64,000 nt of DNA from Thermomicrobiales bacterium (GTDB lineage Bacteria > Chloroflexota > Chloroflexia > Thermomicrobiales > UBA6265), in the NCBI GenBank assembly GCA_023957115.1, contig JAMLHN010000003.1, forward strand, positions 927 to 64,926, in the 5' to 3' direction. The notes below the pieces were generated by a model that saw only the letters and a list, made by a program, of their open reading frames with translations, was not told the origin of the DNA and did no database searches. The translations under genes were made by a program, and so were the position numbers. Each line of letters starts with the position of its first letter. Position 1 is the stretch's first letter. Of this stretch, positions 8,400-17,049 are shown one piece after another.

Positions 8400-10373
8400 A
8401 TGCTTAGTCGCACGCTCCAATACTCTGTCGGCACCGTCGTGATCAATATGGTCGGGCTGGCGCTGCTCAATTGGATCCTCGACGGCTACGCCATCGATGG
8501 CTGGGCTGGGCTGGTTGGCATGGCATTGATCATGTCGATCGTCCCAGGGTTGGCTCTGGGGCTTGCCTACCGGTTCGCCCGGTTGATCCACCCGCTCGTC
8601 TTCCCATTGTTTGCTTTTGTCTTTTCCGCGTTTTTTGTTTGGCTGGCCCCAGATCTGCTCAGTGCGCTTGGGATCGAGGGGGTGCATATCAATGGATGGG
8701 AGACGGCACTCTGGGTCACGCTCGGGGTGACGTTTCTTGGCACGCTGGTCGGCGCCATCTTCTCGCTCAACGACGAGGTTGGCTACGAGCGTTTTGTCAC
8801 CGATCAACTGCGTCGCAGTTACGAAAACAACAAGATCACCTCAGACAAGCCGGCGCTGTTGTTCATCGAATTCGATGGTCTCTCCGTCGACGTTCTGCAA
8901 CGGGCGGTCCGCGAAGGCTATATGCCTACCGTGAAACGCTGGATGGAATCGGGGCGGCATGTCCTGACCAGCTGGGAGCCCGATCTTTCCTCGCAGACAT
9001 CGGCTAGCCAGGCCGGCCTTCTGCTTGGCACCAACCACAATATTCCGGCATTTCGCTGGTGGGACAAACCGCGCGGTCAGCTTATGGTCTCCAGCTCGAT
9101 GCGCACCGCCGACATGATCGAACAGGAGTTGTCGACCGGGGATGGACTGCTGGTGCACGGTGGCGGCAGCCGCTTCAATGTCTTTTCCGGCGACGCGCCC
9201 GATTCGATGGCGACCTTCAGTAAGGTTGCGGTTTCGAAACTTGGCAAGGACGCCTCCTATCTTGCCTACCTTGCCAATCCGTATCTGCTGCCCCGAACCT
9301 TCGGACTCTTCGTTGCCGATTGCGGCCGCGAAGTGATCCAAAGCTGGCAACAACGGCGCAAAAACGAACTCCCGCGTGGACCGCGGCGTTTCAAATACGT
9401 GCTGACGCGCGCGACGACATCGACCGTGATGCTCGAGGGAAGCCGGTTCGTGGCGACGGCGGACATCATGCGTGGTCTCCCCTCGGCGTATTACACAATC
9501 TTCAGCTATGACGAAATCGCCCATCATTCGAATATCCGCAGCACGGACGGTCTGGAGATGCTGCGCGTCATGGACCAGATGCTGGAGGGGCTGGAGCGGG
9601 CCGCTGCCAGGGCGCCCCGGCCGGTGCACTTCTTCCTGCTGAGCGATCACGGACAGAGCCAGGGCGCGACCTTCAAACAGCGGTTTGGCAAGACCCTGGA
9701 TGATGTGGTGCAGGAATTCATTGGCGAGGGCGCCAGTGTGGCGGCCATTCTCGATTCGCAGGAAGCGCTTGGCAATATCAGCATGGCGGTTACCCAGGCG
9801 GTCAAGTCCGATGGCCGCACGGGAGCGCTGGCAGGCCGGATGCTCAAGAGCCGCTCGCGGAATGGCAATGTCCATCTGGGACGCTCCACGGATATCGATT
9901 CCCAGGTCGAATCGAATCTCAAAGAGGGTGTGGCCGATGTCGTGGTCCTGGCCTCGGGGAATCTGGGGTTGATCTCTTTCCCCCGGATTCCGCACCGGCT
10001 CACGGTCGAGGAGATCTCTGAGCACTATCCCGGGCTGATCCCGGGCTTGATGACGCATCCGGGAATCGGCTTTATTCTGGCGAATTCGAGTGTGGACGGC
10101 GGAGTCGTGTTTGGCGTAGACGGAGTCTACTATCTCGACAACGACCACATTGCCGGAGTCAATCCACTGGCGAATTTCGGACCGTTCGCGGCCGATCACC
10201 TCCGCCGCGCGAACCGGTTCGACAATGCGCCGGATCTCTATGTGAACAGCATGTTCGACCCGGAAACGGAGGAGGTGGCCGCGTTCGAAGAGCTTGTCGG
10301 CAACCATGGCGGCCTGGGTGGTCCGCAGCGGCGTTCACGTCTCATCCTGCATCCTTGCCATTTGCTGGCGTGA
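8400..10373 (+). CDS. Membrane protein: 4-TM holin-like N-terminus fused to an alkaline-phosphatase/nucleotide-pyrophosphatase-family domain; the 3' end is probably frameshifted
   Basis: N-terminal TM block, then LLFIEFDGLSVDVLQRAVREGYMPTVKRWM...SQTSASQAGLL...NHGGLGG, typical of type I phosphodiesterase-like proteins. The family-like C-terminus continues in the -1 frame to 10513 (see finding). Confidence 0.7.
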   Translation: MLSRTLQYSVGTVVINMVGLALLNWILDGYAIDGWAGLVGMALIMSIVPGLALGLAYRFARLIHPLVFPLFAFVFSAFFVWLAPDLLSALGIEGVHINGWETALWVTLGVTFLGTLVGAIFSLNDEVGYERFVTDQLRRSYENNKITSDKPALLFIEFDGLSVDVLQRAVREGYMPTVKRWMESGRHVLTSWEPDLSSQTSASQAGLLLGTNHNIPAFRWWDKPRGQLMVSSSMRTADMIEQELSTGDGLLVHGGGSRFNVFSGDAPDSMATFSKVAVSKLGKDASYLAYLANPYLLPRTFGLFVADCGREVIQSWQQRRKNELPRGPRRFKYVLTRATTSTVMLEGSRFVATADIMRGLPSAYYTIFSYDEIAHHSNIRSTDGLEMLRVMDQMLEGLERAAARAPRPVHFFLLSDHGQSQGATFKQRFGKTLDDVVQEFIGEGASVAAILDSQEALGNISMAVTQAVKSDGRTGALAGRMLKSRSRNGNVHLGRSTDIDSQVESNLKEGVADVVVLASGNLGLISFPRIPHRLTVEEISEHYPGLIPGLMTHPGIGFILANSSVDGGVVFGVDGVYYLDNDHIAGVNPLANFGPFAADHLRRANRFDNAPDLYVNSMFDPETEEVAAFEELVGNHGGLGGPQRRSRLILHPCHLLA

Positions 10374-10509
10374 CCGAGCCAATCGTGGGCGCCGGTCATC
10401 TGTGCCCCATCATGAAACAGTGGATCGAGCAGGCGCAGGGGCCGTTCCCGACCGAACCGCAGGCCGCCCCGGCGATTGTGGCCGCAAGTGACCGGCCGGG
10501 GAGCGCATC

Positions 10510-10986
10510 ATGAGTGACGAATTCGCCTCCCAATTCGAAGAGCCACCTATCCCCAGGACCGAGCGCGATCTCGTGATGGAGCGCTTCAAGATCAGCGCGC
10601 GCAGGTTGCCGCGCTACGGTCGCCTGGCCGCGAACATGGTCCGCGACGATCGTGTGCCGCTGGACGCGCGGAGTGCGGTTGTCGTCGGTGGTGCGTATGT
10701 CATCTCCCCAATCGACTTGATTCCTGGGTTCATCCCTGTGCTTGGGCAGCTCGACGATCTTCTGGTGGCGTTGCTCGGATTGCGGTTCGCGCTTGCTCAA
10801 ACACCAGAGGATGTGCGTCTGGAGCATCTGGACCGGGCTGGATTGCGACCGGAGGATTTCGGCGACGATCTACGGACGGTGCGCGACACCTCGATCTATC
10901 TGTTGAAAGCTGGGGCGAGGCGTACGGCCGGTGGTCTCAGGACGATTGCCCGCAGAACAGGACATAAGCTGCGGCGGAATCCCTGA
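10510..10986 (+). CDS. DUF1232 (YkvA-like) domain membrane protein
   Basis: The ISPIDLIPGFIPVLGQLDDLLV motif is diagnostic of DUF1232. The ATG overlaps the stop of the extended upstream frame (ATGA at 10510-10513). Confidence 0.75.
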   Translation: MSDEFASQFEEPPIPRTERDLVMERFKISARRLPRYGRLAANMVRDDRVPLDARSAVVVGGAYVISPIDLIPGFIPVLGQLDDLLVALLGLRFALAQTPEDVRLEHLDRAGLRPEDFGDDLRTVRDTSIYLLKAGARRTAGGLRTIARRTGHKLRRNP

Positions 10987-11528
10987 AGTGGCGATGAAGG
11001 GGTTGTGTATACTGGGGTCATGGGCAGTATCGGACGTGCGATGCCCATCTCTCAATGCTGGCTGACGTAGCGGCGTGCACTCGATCGACGAGCTTCGCCG
11101 AAACGACGTATACCGCTCGATATGTTCGATTTCGTACCGAACTCCAACAGGCGAGATACGCAGCCGGGCGGCGGGAGCGCACGGGCACGGGAAGGTGTCA
11201 ACTATGAGCCGCGGCCGGCGCGGGCTCTTCGTCGTCGAAGAGCCGGTGGAGGAAACGGGTCAGTTCGGTTGTCCCATGCTTGCCAGAAGTCGTTCGAATC
11301 CAGTTCACCCCGGTCAGCCGTCGTGGCGCTGCAATGTCGGCTGGGCGATTCATGGAGAAACGGAAGCGGCTTGTTGTCAGGCGACCGAGTCAGTAGCTGA
11401 TTGCTGGAAGGTGCATCCAGAGCGACTCCCGATCGTCGAGATCGAGACCGTTATGCGTACAGAATCCAAAGCCACTGCTGATTGAGGCATCCGAACGAAC
11501 CAGGACTCCCAAAGGGACGACCCAAGAT

Positions 11529-11565
11529 ACAACCGCCTCGGATTTTCGGGGCGGTTGTTTTTGTG
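11529..11565 (+). terminator. Intrinsic (Rho-independent) terminator with no recognisable upstream gene
   Basis: acaaccgcc(tcggattttcg)ggcggttgt stem of 9 bp, extendable by 2-3 inner pairs, followed by tttttgtg. The T-run is on the + strand only. Confidence 0.6.
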
Positions 11566-11840
11566 TAGAGAGGACCTGGGACGGGGATCGATACGGAACC
11601 CGGGTAATACTGTCGCGGATATGAACATGGCAACGGTGCGCGCGTCACCATGTGCCAAGGTCGCCATCAATGGGGGCGCTACGGGCCGGCCATTCGAACC
11701 GGCAACTGGTTCGGATCGCGCCATAGGCTATCCCGCTCCCACTCGGGCGTGTTTGAACACTCGACGACGTGGCTCCGCCCCCGCTGGACCGGCCCGGAAT
11801 CCGTCCGTCCACGCTCCGGCATCAGCCGCCCGGATTGTCG

Positions 11841-11885
11841 CAGGACCCAGGGCTCAGGACGCAGGACCGTTTCAACCACGCCCTA
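11841..11885 (-). repeat. 45-nt dispersed motif directly abutting a stop codon (copy 1)
   Basis: caggacccagggctcaggacgcaggaccgtttcaaccacgcccta matches 50903-50947 at 41/45 positions. It contains CAGGRCN heptamers. The terminal cta is the TAG stop of the 11883..12332 gene. Confidence 0.85.
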
Positions 11886-12332
11886 GATGCGCCGGGATTG
11901 CGCTTGCGCTTCGGCCTCGGATTGGGGGGCGTACGTCCTGATGTACCGCTCGACCTCGACCGGTGTGGACGATCGCAAATCGAAGGCCGGATATTTGTTG
12001 TTCGATGGCAGATAAAGGTAGAAGGTCGATACGACCGGTTCGATCCGTTCCGTCTCGGCCCACCAGTTGTAGAGCTTGGGCAGCCATTCGAAGCTCTCGG
12101 CATTGATACGCCAGAGCGCCACACCGGCGCCGCGCTCGTACGTCAACGCCTCGCCGAAATAGACCGTGGCCTTGGGGTCGGATTCGATGATCCGCAGCAC
12201 GTCCTCATAGTGACGCGGCGAGCCTTTGAGCGAGAATCGCCAGCCATCGATCTTCTTCGGGACCGGCTTGGTCCGATTCAGGGTCCACCAGGGCTGACCC
12301 GGATTGATCTTCGATCGGCTGAGAATGGCCAT
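11883..12332 (-). CDS. Hypothetical protein (149 aa)
   Basis: The ORF has coding-like composition (MAILSRSKINPGQPWWTLNRTKPVPKKIDGWRF...). No family recognised. Confidence 0.5.
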   Translation of the reverse strand: MAILSRSKINPGQPWWTLNRTKPVPKKIDGWRFSLKGSPRHYEDVLRIIESDPKATVYFGEALTYERGAGVALWRINAESFEWLPKLYNWWAETERIEPVVSTFYLYLPSNNKYPAFDLRSSTPVEVERYIRTYAPQSEAEAQAQSRRI

Positions 12333-12426
12333 GCGCTCCCTCGACGTGGTGAACCCATTCCGGTCATCGACCGGACCTGCATGCGCCAGATTCTAACCGA
12401 TTGGGTGGGAAGGAATGTCTGCCTGG

Positions 12427-13695
12427 CTACTTTGGCGTGTCGGATCGGATGGGATCGGGTGGAGTGCCGGTCAGCACCGAACGGAGGGCGCCGGTCAGCA
12501 CCAGACCGATGGGCCCGGACAGCCCGACGATGAGTCCGGTGAGCGCGATCGTACGTGGCGGTCCGAGTGCGTCGGTGATCCAGCCGACGATCGAAAATGC
12601 GACCAATGCCGAGGCGGCAATCACCCCACCCCAGATGGCGTAGACCCGGCCGCGGAGCTCGTCCGCGGTCCATTCCGCCATATAGGCCTGCATCGAGATG
12701 ACCGCCCAGGCGTCGGCGACGCCGAAGATGAACACCAAGATATAGAGCGTCGCTGGCTGGGGAACCAGCACCACTGGCACCAGGAGCAGCGGTCCGAGAT
12801 AGCCGAGGAAGAGCATGTTCGCCCGGCTGATTCGGCGTTCGAGCCGACTGGCGCTCAATGCCCCTATGACCGCTCCAGAGCTCATGGCAACGGCCGAGAG
12901 TCCGAAGAGGAAATCGGCGCGGGTTCCAAGATCGAGCGTCTCCTCGAAGTAGACGACCATGGTGATCGAGAGGACGCCGAAGATGAGCGACCAGAGCCCT
13001 TCGGTCAGGCAGACTCCGCGCAGGATGGGGGTGGTCCAGATCGTTCGGAACCCAACCCGTATCTCTGCGGCCGCATTCCGCGCGATCGACCCAAATGCGT
13101 GACTGGACGGACGAACGCGCTCTGGGAGAACGAGCCGCCAGTTCCAGAAGATGGCAATGCCGTAGCAGACCGCCTGGAGCCAGAACGGCGGCCGCGGGCC
13201 GACCAATCCAACAATTGCAGCGCCAAGCGCGGGACCGACGATACGTGTGATCGAACCCGTCACCTGGACCAGGGAGAGAGATGGAACCAACGTCTCCTTG
13301 GTCACGATCGTTGGGAGCACCGCCAGACTGGCCGGCATGGCGAAGGTTTGTCCCAGTCCGAGCAGGACGGCGATCGCGCCGAGCTGGGCCGGACTCTCGA
13401 CAAAGGGAATGAAGGCGACCGCTATGCCGCGCAGGGTGTTCGCCGCAAGCATGATCGCGCGGCGGTCGAGATTGTCGGCCACCACACCGGCAAACGGCGA
13501 CAGAAGCGCACGCGGCGCCATTTGTAGCACGAAAATGACGCTCATCAAGGCCGCCGAGCTCGTCATGTCATAGACGAGCAACGGAAGCGCCACCTGGCCG
13601 ATGGCTTCGCCCAACCCGGAAAACGTCGTTCCGGCCCAGAGATTTCTGAACTGAGTGTTACTCAGGACGTGGCGATAGCTTCGCGGTTCGGCCAT
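12427..13695 (-). CDS. MFS transporter (EntS/MFS_3-like)
   Basis: 422 aa. FRNLWAGTTFSGLGEAIGQVALPLLVYDMT...VVADNLDRRAIML is typical of this MFS subfamily. About 12 TM segments. Confidence 0.85.
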   Translation of the reverse strand: MAEPRSYRHVLSNTQFRNLWAGTTFSGLGEAIGQVALPLLVYDMTSSAALMSVIFVLQMAPRALLSPFAGVVADNLDRRAIMLAANTLRGIAVAFIPFVESPAQLGAIAVLLGLGQTFAMPASLAVLPTIVTKETLVPSLSLVQVTGSITRIVGPALGAAIVGLVGPRPPFWLQAVCYGIAIFWNWRLVLPERVRPSSHAFGSIARNAAAEIRVGFRTIWTTPILRGVCLTEGLWSLIFGVLSITMVVYFEETLDLGTRADFLFGLSAVAMSSGAVIGALSASRLERRISRANMLFLGYLGPLLLVPVVLVPQPATLYILVFIFGVADAWAVISMQAYMAEWTADELRGRVYAIWGGVIAASALVAFSIVGWITDALGPPRTIALTGLIVGLSGPIGLVLTGALRSVLTGTPPDPIRSDTPK

Positions 13696-13707
13696 GGGTC
13701 TCCGTGT

Positions 13708-13863
13708 GGGGAGTTCGGAGTTAGGATTTGGGAGTTAGGAACGAATGACTTGTGTCTTGGGTCCTGAGCCCTGAGAAGATCCGAACAACTGAATTCAACG
13801 TTCAGATCGACCTTTGAACCTCAGAAACGTGTTGTCCGGAAACATCCCAGCTCCTAATTCCTC
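13708..13863. repeat. Composite element with inverted heptamer arms and conserved core; copy B
   Basis: Left arm ggggagttcggagttaggatttgggagttaggaac. Right arm atcccagctcctaattcctc. The core (gggtcctgagccctgagaagatccgaacaac...atcgaccttt) aligns with the core of 4671-4848. Confidence 0.85.
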
Positions 13864-13924
13864 AATGGAAACGAGGCAGGCTCGGGAGAGCCTGCCTCGA
13901 AGAATTGCTGCGATCGAACGTCGA

Positions 13925-14965
13925 TCAGCCGGCTGGAGTGGCCTCGGTCTCCGGAAGCTCGGAGCAGTCCGAGACGTAGAGATAGCGAGCGATCTCGGGA
14001 TCCTCGATGTTGTCCCGAGTGACCACCGAGTAGCCGGTGGTGAAGACCTTCTCGGCCGGCTCGGCGCCGTCGAGCAGATAATCGGCGGCCAGGTTGACGG
14101 CCTGGTAGCCGATGTCGTACGGGTGCTGGGCGATGAGCGCGTCGACCACACCTGCCTGAAGGTCGGCAACCTGCTGCGGGCCCGCATCGAATCCGACGAT
14201 CTTGATCTCACCGGTCCTGCCCGCATCCTTGACGGCTGCGGCCGCGCCCTGGGCGCTGAAGAGGTTGGTGCCGAAGATACCGGCCAGATCCGGATGCGCC
14301 TGGAGCTGGGCACTGGTCTGCGACGCCGCGGTGGTCGGGTCGTTGTTGTTGTAGTCGTTGCCGATGTACTCGATGTTCTCGTACGTGGCAATCTGCTCTT
14401 CGAAACCCTGCTGGCGCTGGTCGGTGGTCGACGTGCCGGCAATGGTATTCGAGACGTAGACCTTCCCGGTCTCGCCGATCAGCTCGGCCAGTGCATCGGC
14501 CGCCATCTGTCCGCCCAGAATATTGTCGGACGCGACGTTGGCCAGGGCGATGCTGTCGTCCTCGATGAAGGTGTCGACCGTGAAGACGGCGATACCGGCA
14601 TCCTTCGCGTCGCGAAGCGGCGAGATCATGGCCACCCGGTCATTCGGGGCGATGAGAATTGCGTCCGGATCCGACTGCACCACCGCGTTGAGCAGGGTGG
14701 TCTGGATCGATGCGTCCCACTTCTCACCGGCCTGGACCTCGAGCTCGAGACCGCGCTCGTTGGCGGCTTGCTGCGCGCCACAGGCCATCGAGATGTAGAA
14801 CTGGTCGTTCTGGATACCCTGGATGAGGGTGACCTTCTTGGTCTCCTGTGCCCCAACCGGGGTGTAGTTGAGACCGCCGATAGCCGTGACGGCTGCTGTC
14901 GCCGCGCCGGCTTTCATCAGGTCACGACGGTTGAACTTGAAACACATATCCGACCGCTTGGTCAT
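13925..14965 (-). CDS. Sugar ABC transporter substrate-binding protein (RbsB-like periplasmic binding protein family), TAT signal
   Basis: Start at ATG 14965, with AAGGAG 6 nt upstream. MTKRSDMCFKFNRRDLMKAGAATAAV signal. LIAPNDRVAMISPLRDAKDAGIAVFTVDT is typical of this family. Confidence 0.85.
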   Translation of the reverse strand: MTKRSDMCFKFNRRDLMKAGAATAAVTAIGGLNYTPVGAQETKKVTLIQGIQNDQFYISMACGAQQAANERGLELEVQAGEKWDASIQTTLLNAVVQSDPDAILIAPNDRVAMISPLRDAKDAGIAVFTVDTFIEDDSIALANVASDNILGGQMAADALAELIGETGKVYVSNTIAGTSTTDQRQQGFEEQIATYENIEYIGNDYNNNDPTTAASQTSAQLQAHPDLAGIFGTNLFSAQGAAAAVKDAGRTGEIKIVGFDAGPQQVADLQAGVVDALIAQHPYDIGYQAVNLAADYLLDGAEPAEKVFTTGYSVVTRDNIEDPEIARYLYVSDCSELPETEATPAG

Positions 14966-15053
14966 ACGTACTCCTTTCATCGGGAGCTTGTCGCGTGTGG
15001 CTACGGTTGCCACGGAACACCCATAGTTTAGTCGGCAGGCAGCCGGGCGAACG

Positions 15054-16121
15054 TCACATTCGCTCCGATGCCTTGCGCCGCCGCTGGTCGAAATAGACCG
15101 CGGCGATCAGAATGGCGCCAATGGCGACCTGCTGCCAGAACGGATTGATTCCGCCAATGATCAACCCATTGCGCAGCACCGTTGGAATAAAAGTGCCGAT
15201 GACCGAACCGACGATCGACCCCATTCCTCCGAAGAGACTGGTGCCGCCGATCACGACGGCCGAGACCGCGTTCAGATTGTCCGCCGAGTGTGCCGCGGTC
15301 GACGCGGTGGCAAACCGGGCTACCTCGAACGCGCCGGCCATGCCCGCCATCGTACCGCTGAGCGCATAGACCTTGATCAGATGCCGGTCGACATTGATAC
15401 CGGCCCGGCGGGCGGCCGCCTGATTCGATCCGATCGCAAAGGTATAGCGGCCGAACCTGGTCATGCTCAAGATGATGATGGCCAGGACGACGACGACGGT
15501 CGTGATGACGACCAGGAGCGGCAGCCATCCGAAGAAGCGGCGCGCGCCGACCCAGGTCTGCACGTCATAGGGAACATAGGGGACGGTCTGGCCACCGGAA
15601 ACGATCTGTCCCAATCCCAGCGCCATGCCCAGGGTACCGAGGGTCACGATGAATGGTGGAAGGCGGAGCTTGGTAACGACGAGTCCATTGAAGGTGCCCC
15701 AGAGGAGTCCGCAAAGGACGGCCGCCGCCAATCCAACGGGAATGCCGATGTGCTGGTTTGGGAATTCGTAGAGCCGCACTTCTTCCGGGCTGCCTGAGAG
15801 CCGGGACATGACTTTGGCGCCCACGACCGCGGAAAAGACCAGAACCGCGCTGCATGACAGATCGATGCCGGCGGTGATGATGACAAAGGTCATTCCGACG
15901 GCAAGCAGCATCAACTGAGAGGAGTCGAGCGCGATGTTGCGGAAGTTTGTCCGGTCGAAGAACTTGGTTCCATGCCAGATCGTGAAGATCACGATCAAGC
16001 CGACGAGCACCACCAGGATGTAGGTCCAGGCGAAATCGAACCGTTCCTTGAGCTGGTCGCGAAACGAGAGCTCGGGAAGCGGTTCAGGCGCAGGATTCTG
16101 AATCTGCTGAAGATCGCTCAT
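15054..16121 (-). CDS. Sugar ABC transporter permease (RbsC/AraH-like)
   Basis: 355 aa polytopic protein with GIDLSCSAV and RRAGINVDR blocks typical of monosaccharide ABC permeases. Contiguous with the ATPase gene. Confidence 0.85.
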   Translation of the reverse strand: MSDLQQIQNPAPEPLPELSFRDQLKERFDFAWTYILVVLVGLIVIFTIWHGTKFFDRTNFRNIALDSSQLMLLAVGMTFVIITAGIDLSCSAVLVFSAVVGAKVMSRLSGSPEEVRLYEFPNQHIGIPVGLAAAVLCGLLWGTFNGLVVTKLRLPPFIVTLGTLGMALGLGQIVSGGQTVPYVPYDVQTWVGARRFFGWLPLLVVITTVVVVLAIIILSMTRFGRYTFAIGSNQAAARRAGINVDRHLIKVYALSGTMAGMAGAFEVARFATASTAAHSADNLNAVSAVVIGGTSLFGGMGSIVGSVIGTFIPTVLRNGLIIGGINPFWQQVAIGAILIAAVYFDQRRRKASERM

Positions 16122-16907
16122 CTACGCTGCCTCATTCCCCGCCGACGACGACATGGTGGTCGATCCGGTCATCCATCCCACTGCCTGGTCGATCGTGTCG
16201 GTCTTCGGATCGAGCTCGGTGACCACCGTCCCAAGCCGAAGCACCATGATGCGGTCGGCGACTTCGAAGACATGCGGCATGTTGTGGCTGACATAAATGA
16301 CGGGGATGCCGGAATTACGCACCTCGCGCATCAGGTCCAGCACCATTTGCGATTGCGCCACGCCCAGGGCAGCGGTCGGCTCGTCCATAATCACGACCTT
16401 GCTGGCCCATTTCACCGATCGCGCCACGGCTACGCTTTGACGCTGTCCGCCGGAAAGGGTGAAGACGCGCCGCCGTGGATCTGGGATGCGGACGCGCAAC
16501 CGTTTCAGCTCGCCCGCGGTTTCTTCCATCATGAACTTGTTGTCGAGGAAACCGAGCTTGCCGAGAATGCCTGGTTTCATCGCCTCGCGGCCGAGATAGA
16601 TATTGGCGGCCGAATCGAGATGGGGCGCGACGGCCAGATCCTGGTAGACCGTTTCGATTCCGAGATTGCGCGCGTCCTGCGGGGAGTGCAGATGAACCGG
16701 TTGCCCGTCGAAGAGGATCTCCCCGCTATCGGGCGGAAAGACGCCGGTCATGCAATTGATAAGGGTGCTCTTCCCAGCGCCGTTGTCTCCGATCAGGGCG
16801 ACGATTTGTCCCGGAAAGACCTGGAGACTGGCGTTGTCGAGTGCTCGCACGGCGCCAAACGATTTGGAAACTCCCCGTACTTCGAGCACGGGCGTAGGTG
16901 CGCTCAT
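16122..16907 (-). CDS. Sugar ABC transporter ATP-binding protein (single NBD)
   Basis: Walker A GDNGAGKST, signature LSGGQRQ, Walker B VVIMDEPT. Confidence 0.9.
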   Translation of the reverse strand: MSAPTPVLEVRGVSKSFGAVRALDNASLQVFPGQIVALIGDNGAGKSTLINCMTGVFPPDSGEILFDGQPVHLHSPQDARNLGIETVYQDLAVAPHLDSAANIYLGREAMKPGILGKLGFLDNKFMMEETAGELKRLRVRIPDPRRRVFTLSGGQRQSVAVARSVKWASKVVIMDEPTAALGVAQSQMVLDLMREVRNSGIPVIYVSHNMPHVFEVADRIMVLRLGTVVTELDPKTDTIDQAVGWMTGSTTMSSSAGNEAA

Positions 16908-17049
16908 CCGCGAGCCTTTCCTATGATGATGTCACCCCGGCAAGCACGCTTGGCTCTTCCGGTACGCTGCCGGGGTAGGATACCAAAGCGGCGTTTCTCG
17001 CTAACCACGTTTGAAATTTCGATGACCACATCACGATAGGGGTTTATGT

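Noticed and set aside
11285-11310. tRNA-like TTCGAAT / GGTTCGA motifs (11297, about 11690 and about 55835)
   Set aside because: The flanking bases do not form a T-stem, and no acceptor or anticodon arms can be drawn. No tRNA is supported anywhere in the window.
11075-11485. 136-aa + strand ORF, and the antisense P-loop-like frame, in the gene-less gap
   Set aside because: The + ORF has Cys/Arg/Ser-rich non-protein-like composition. The minus frame (…SGKHGTTELTRFLHRLFDDE…) only loosely resembles a Walker A region and is interrupted by stops. At most it is a decayed remnant, so I made no feature call.
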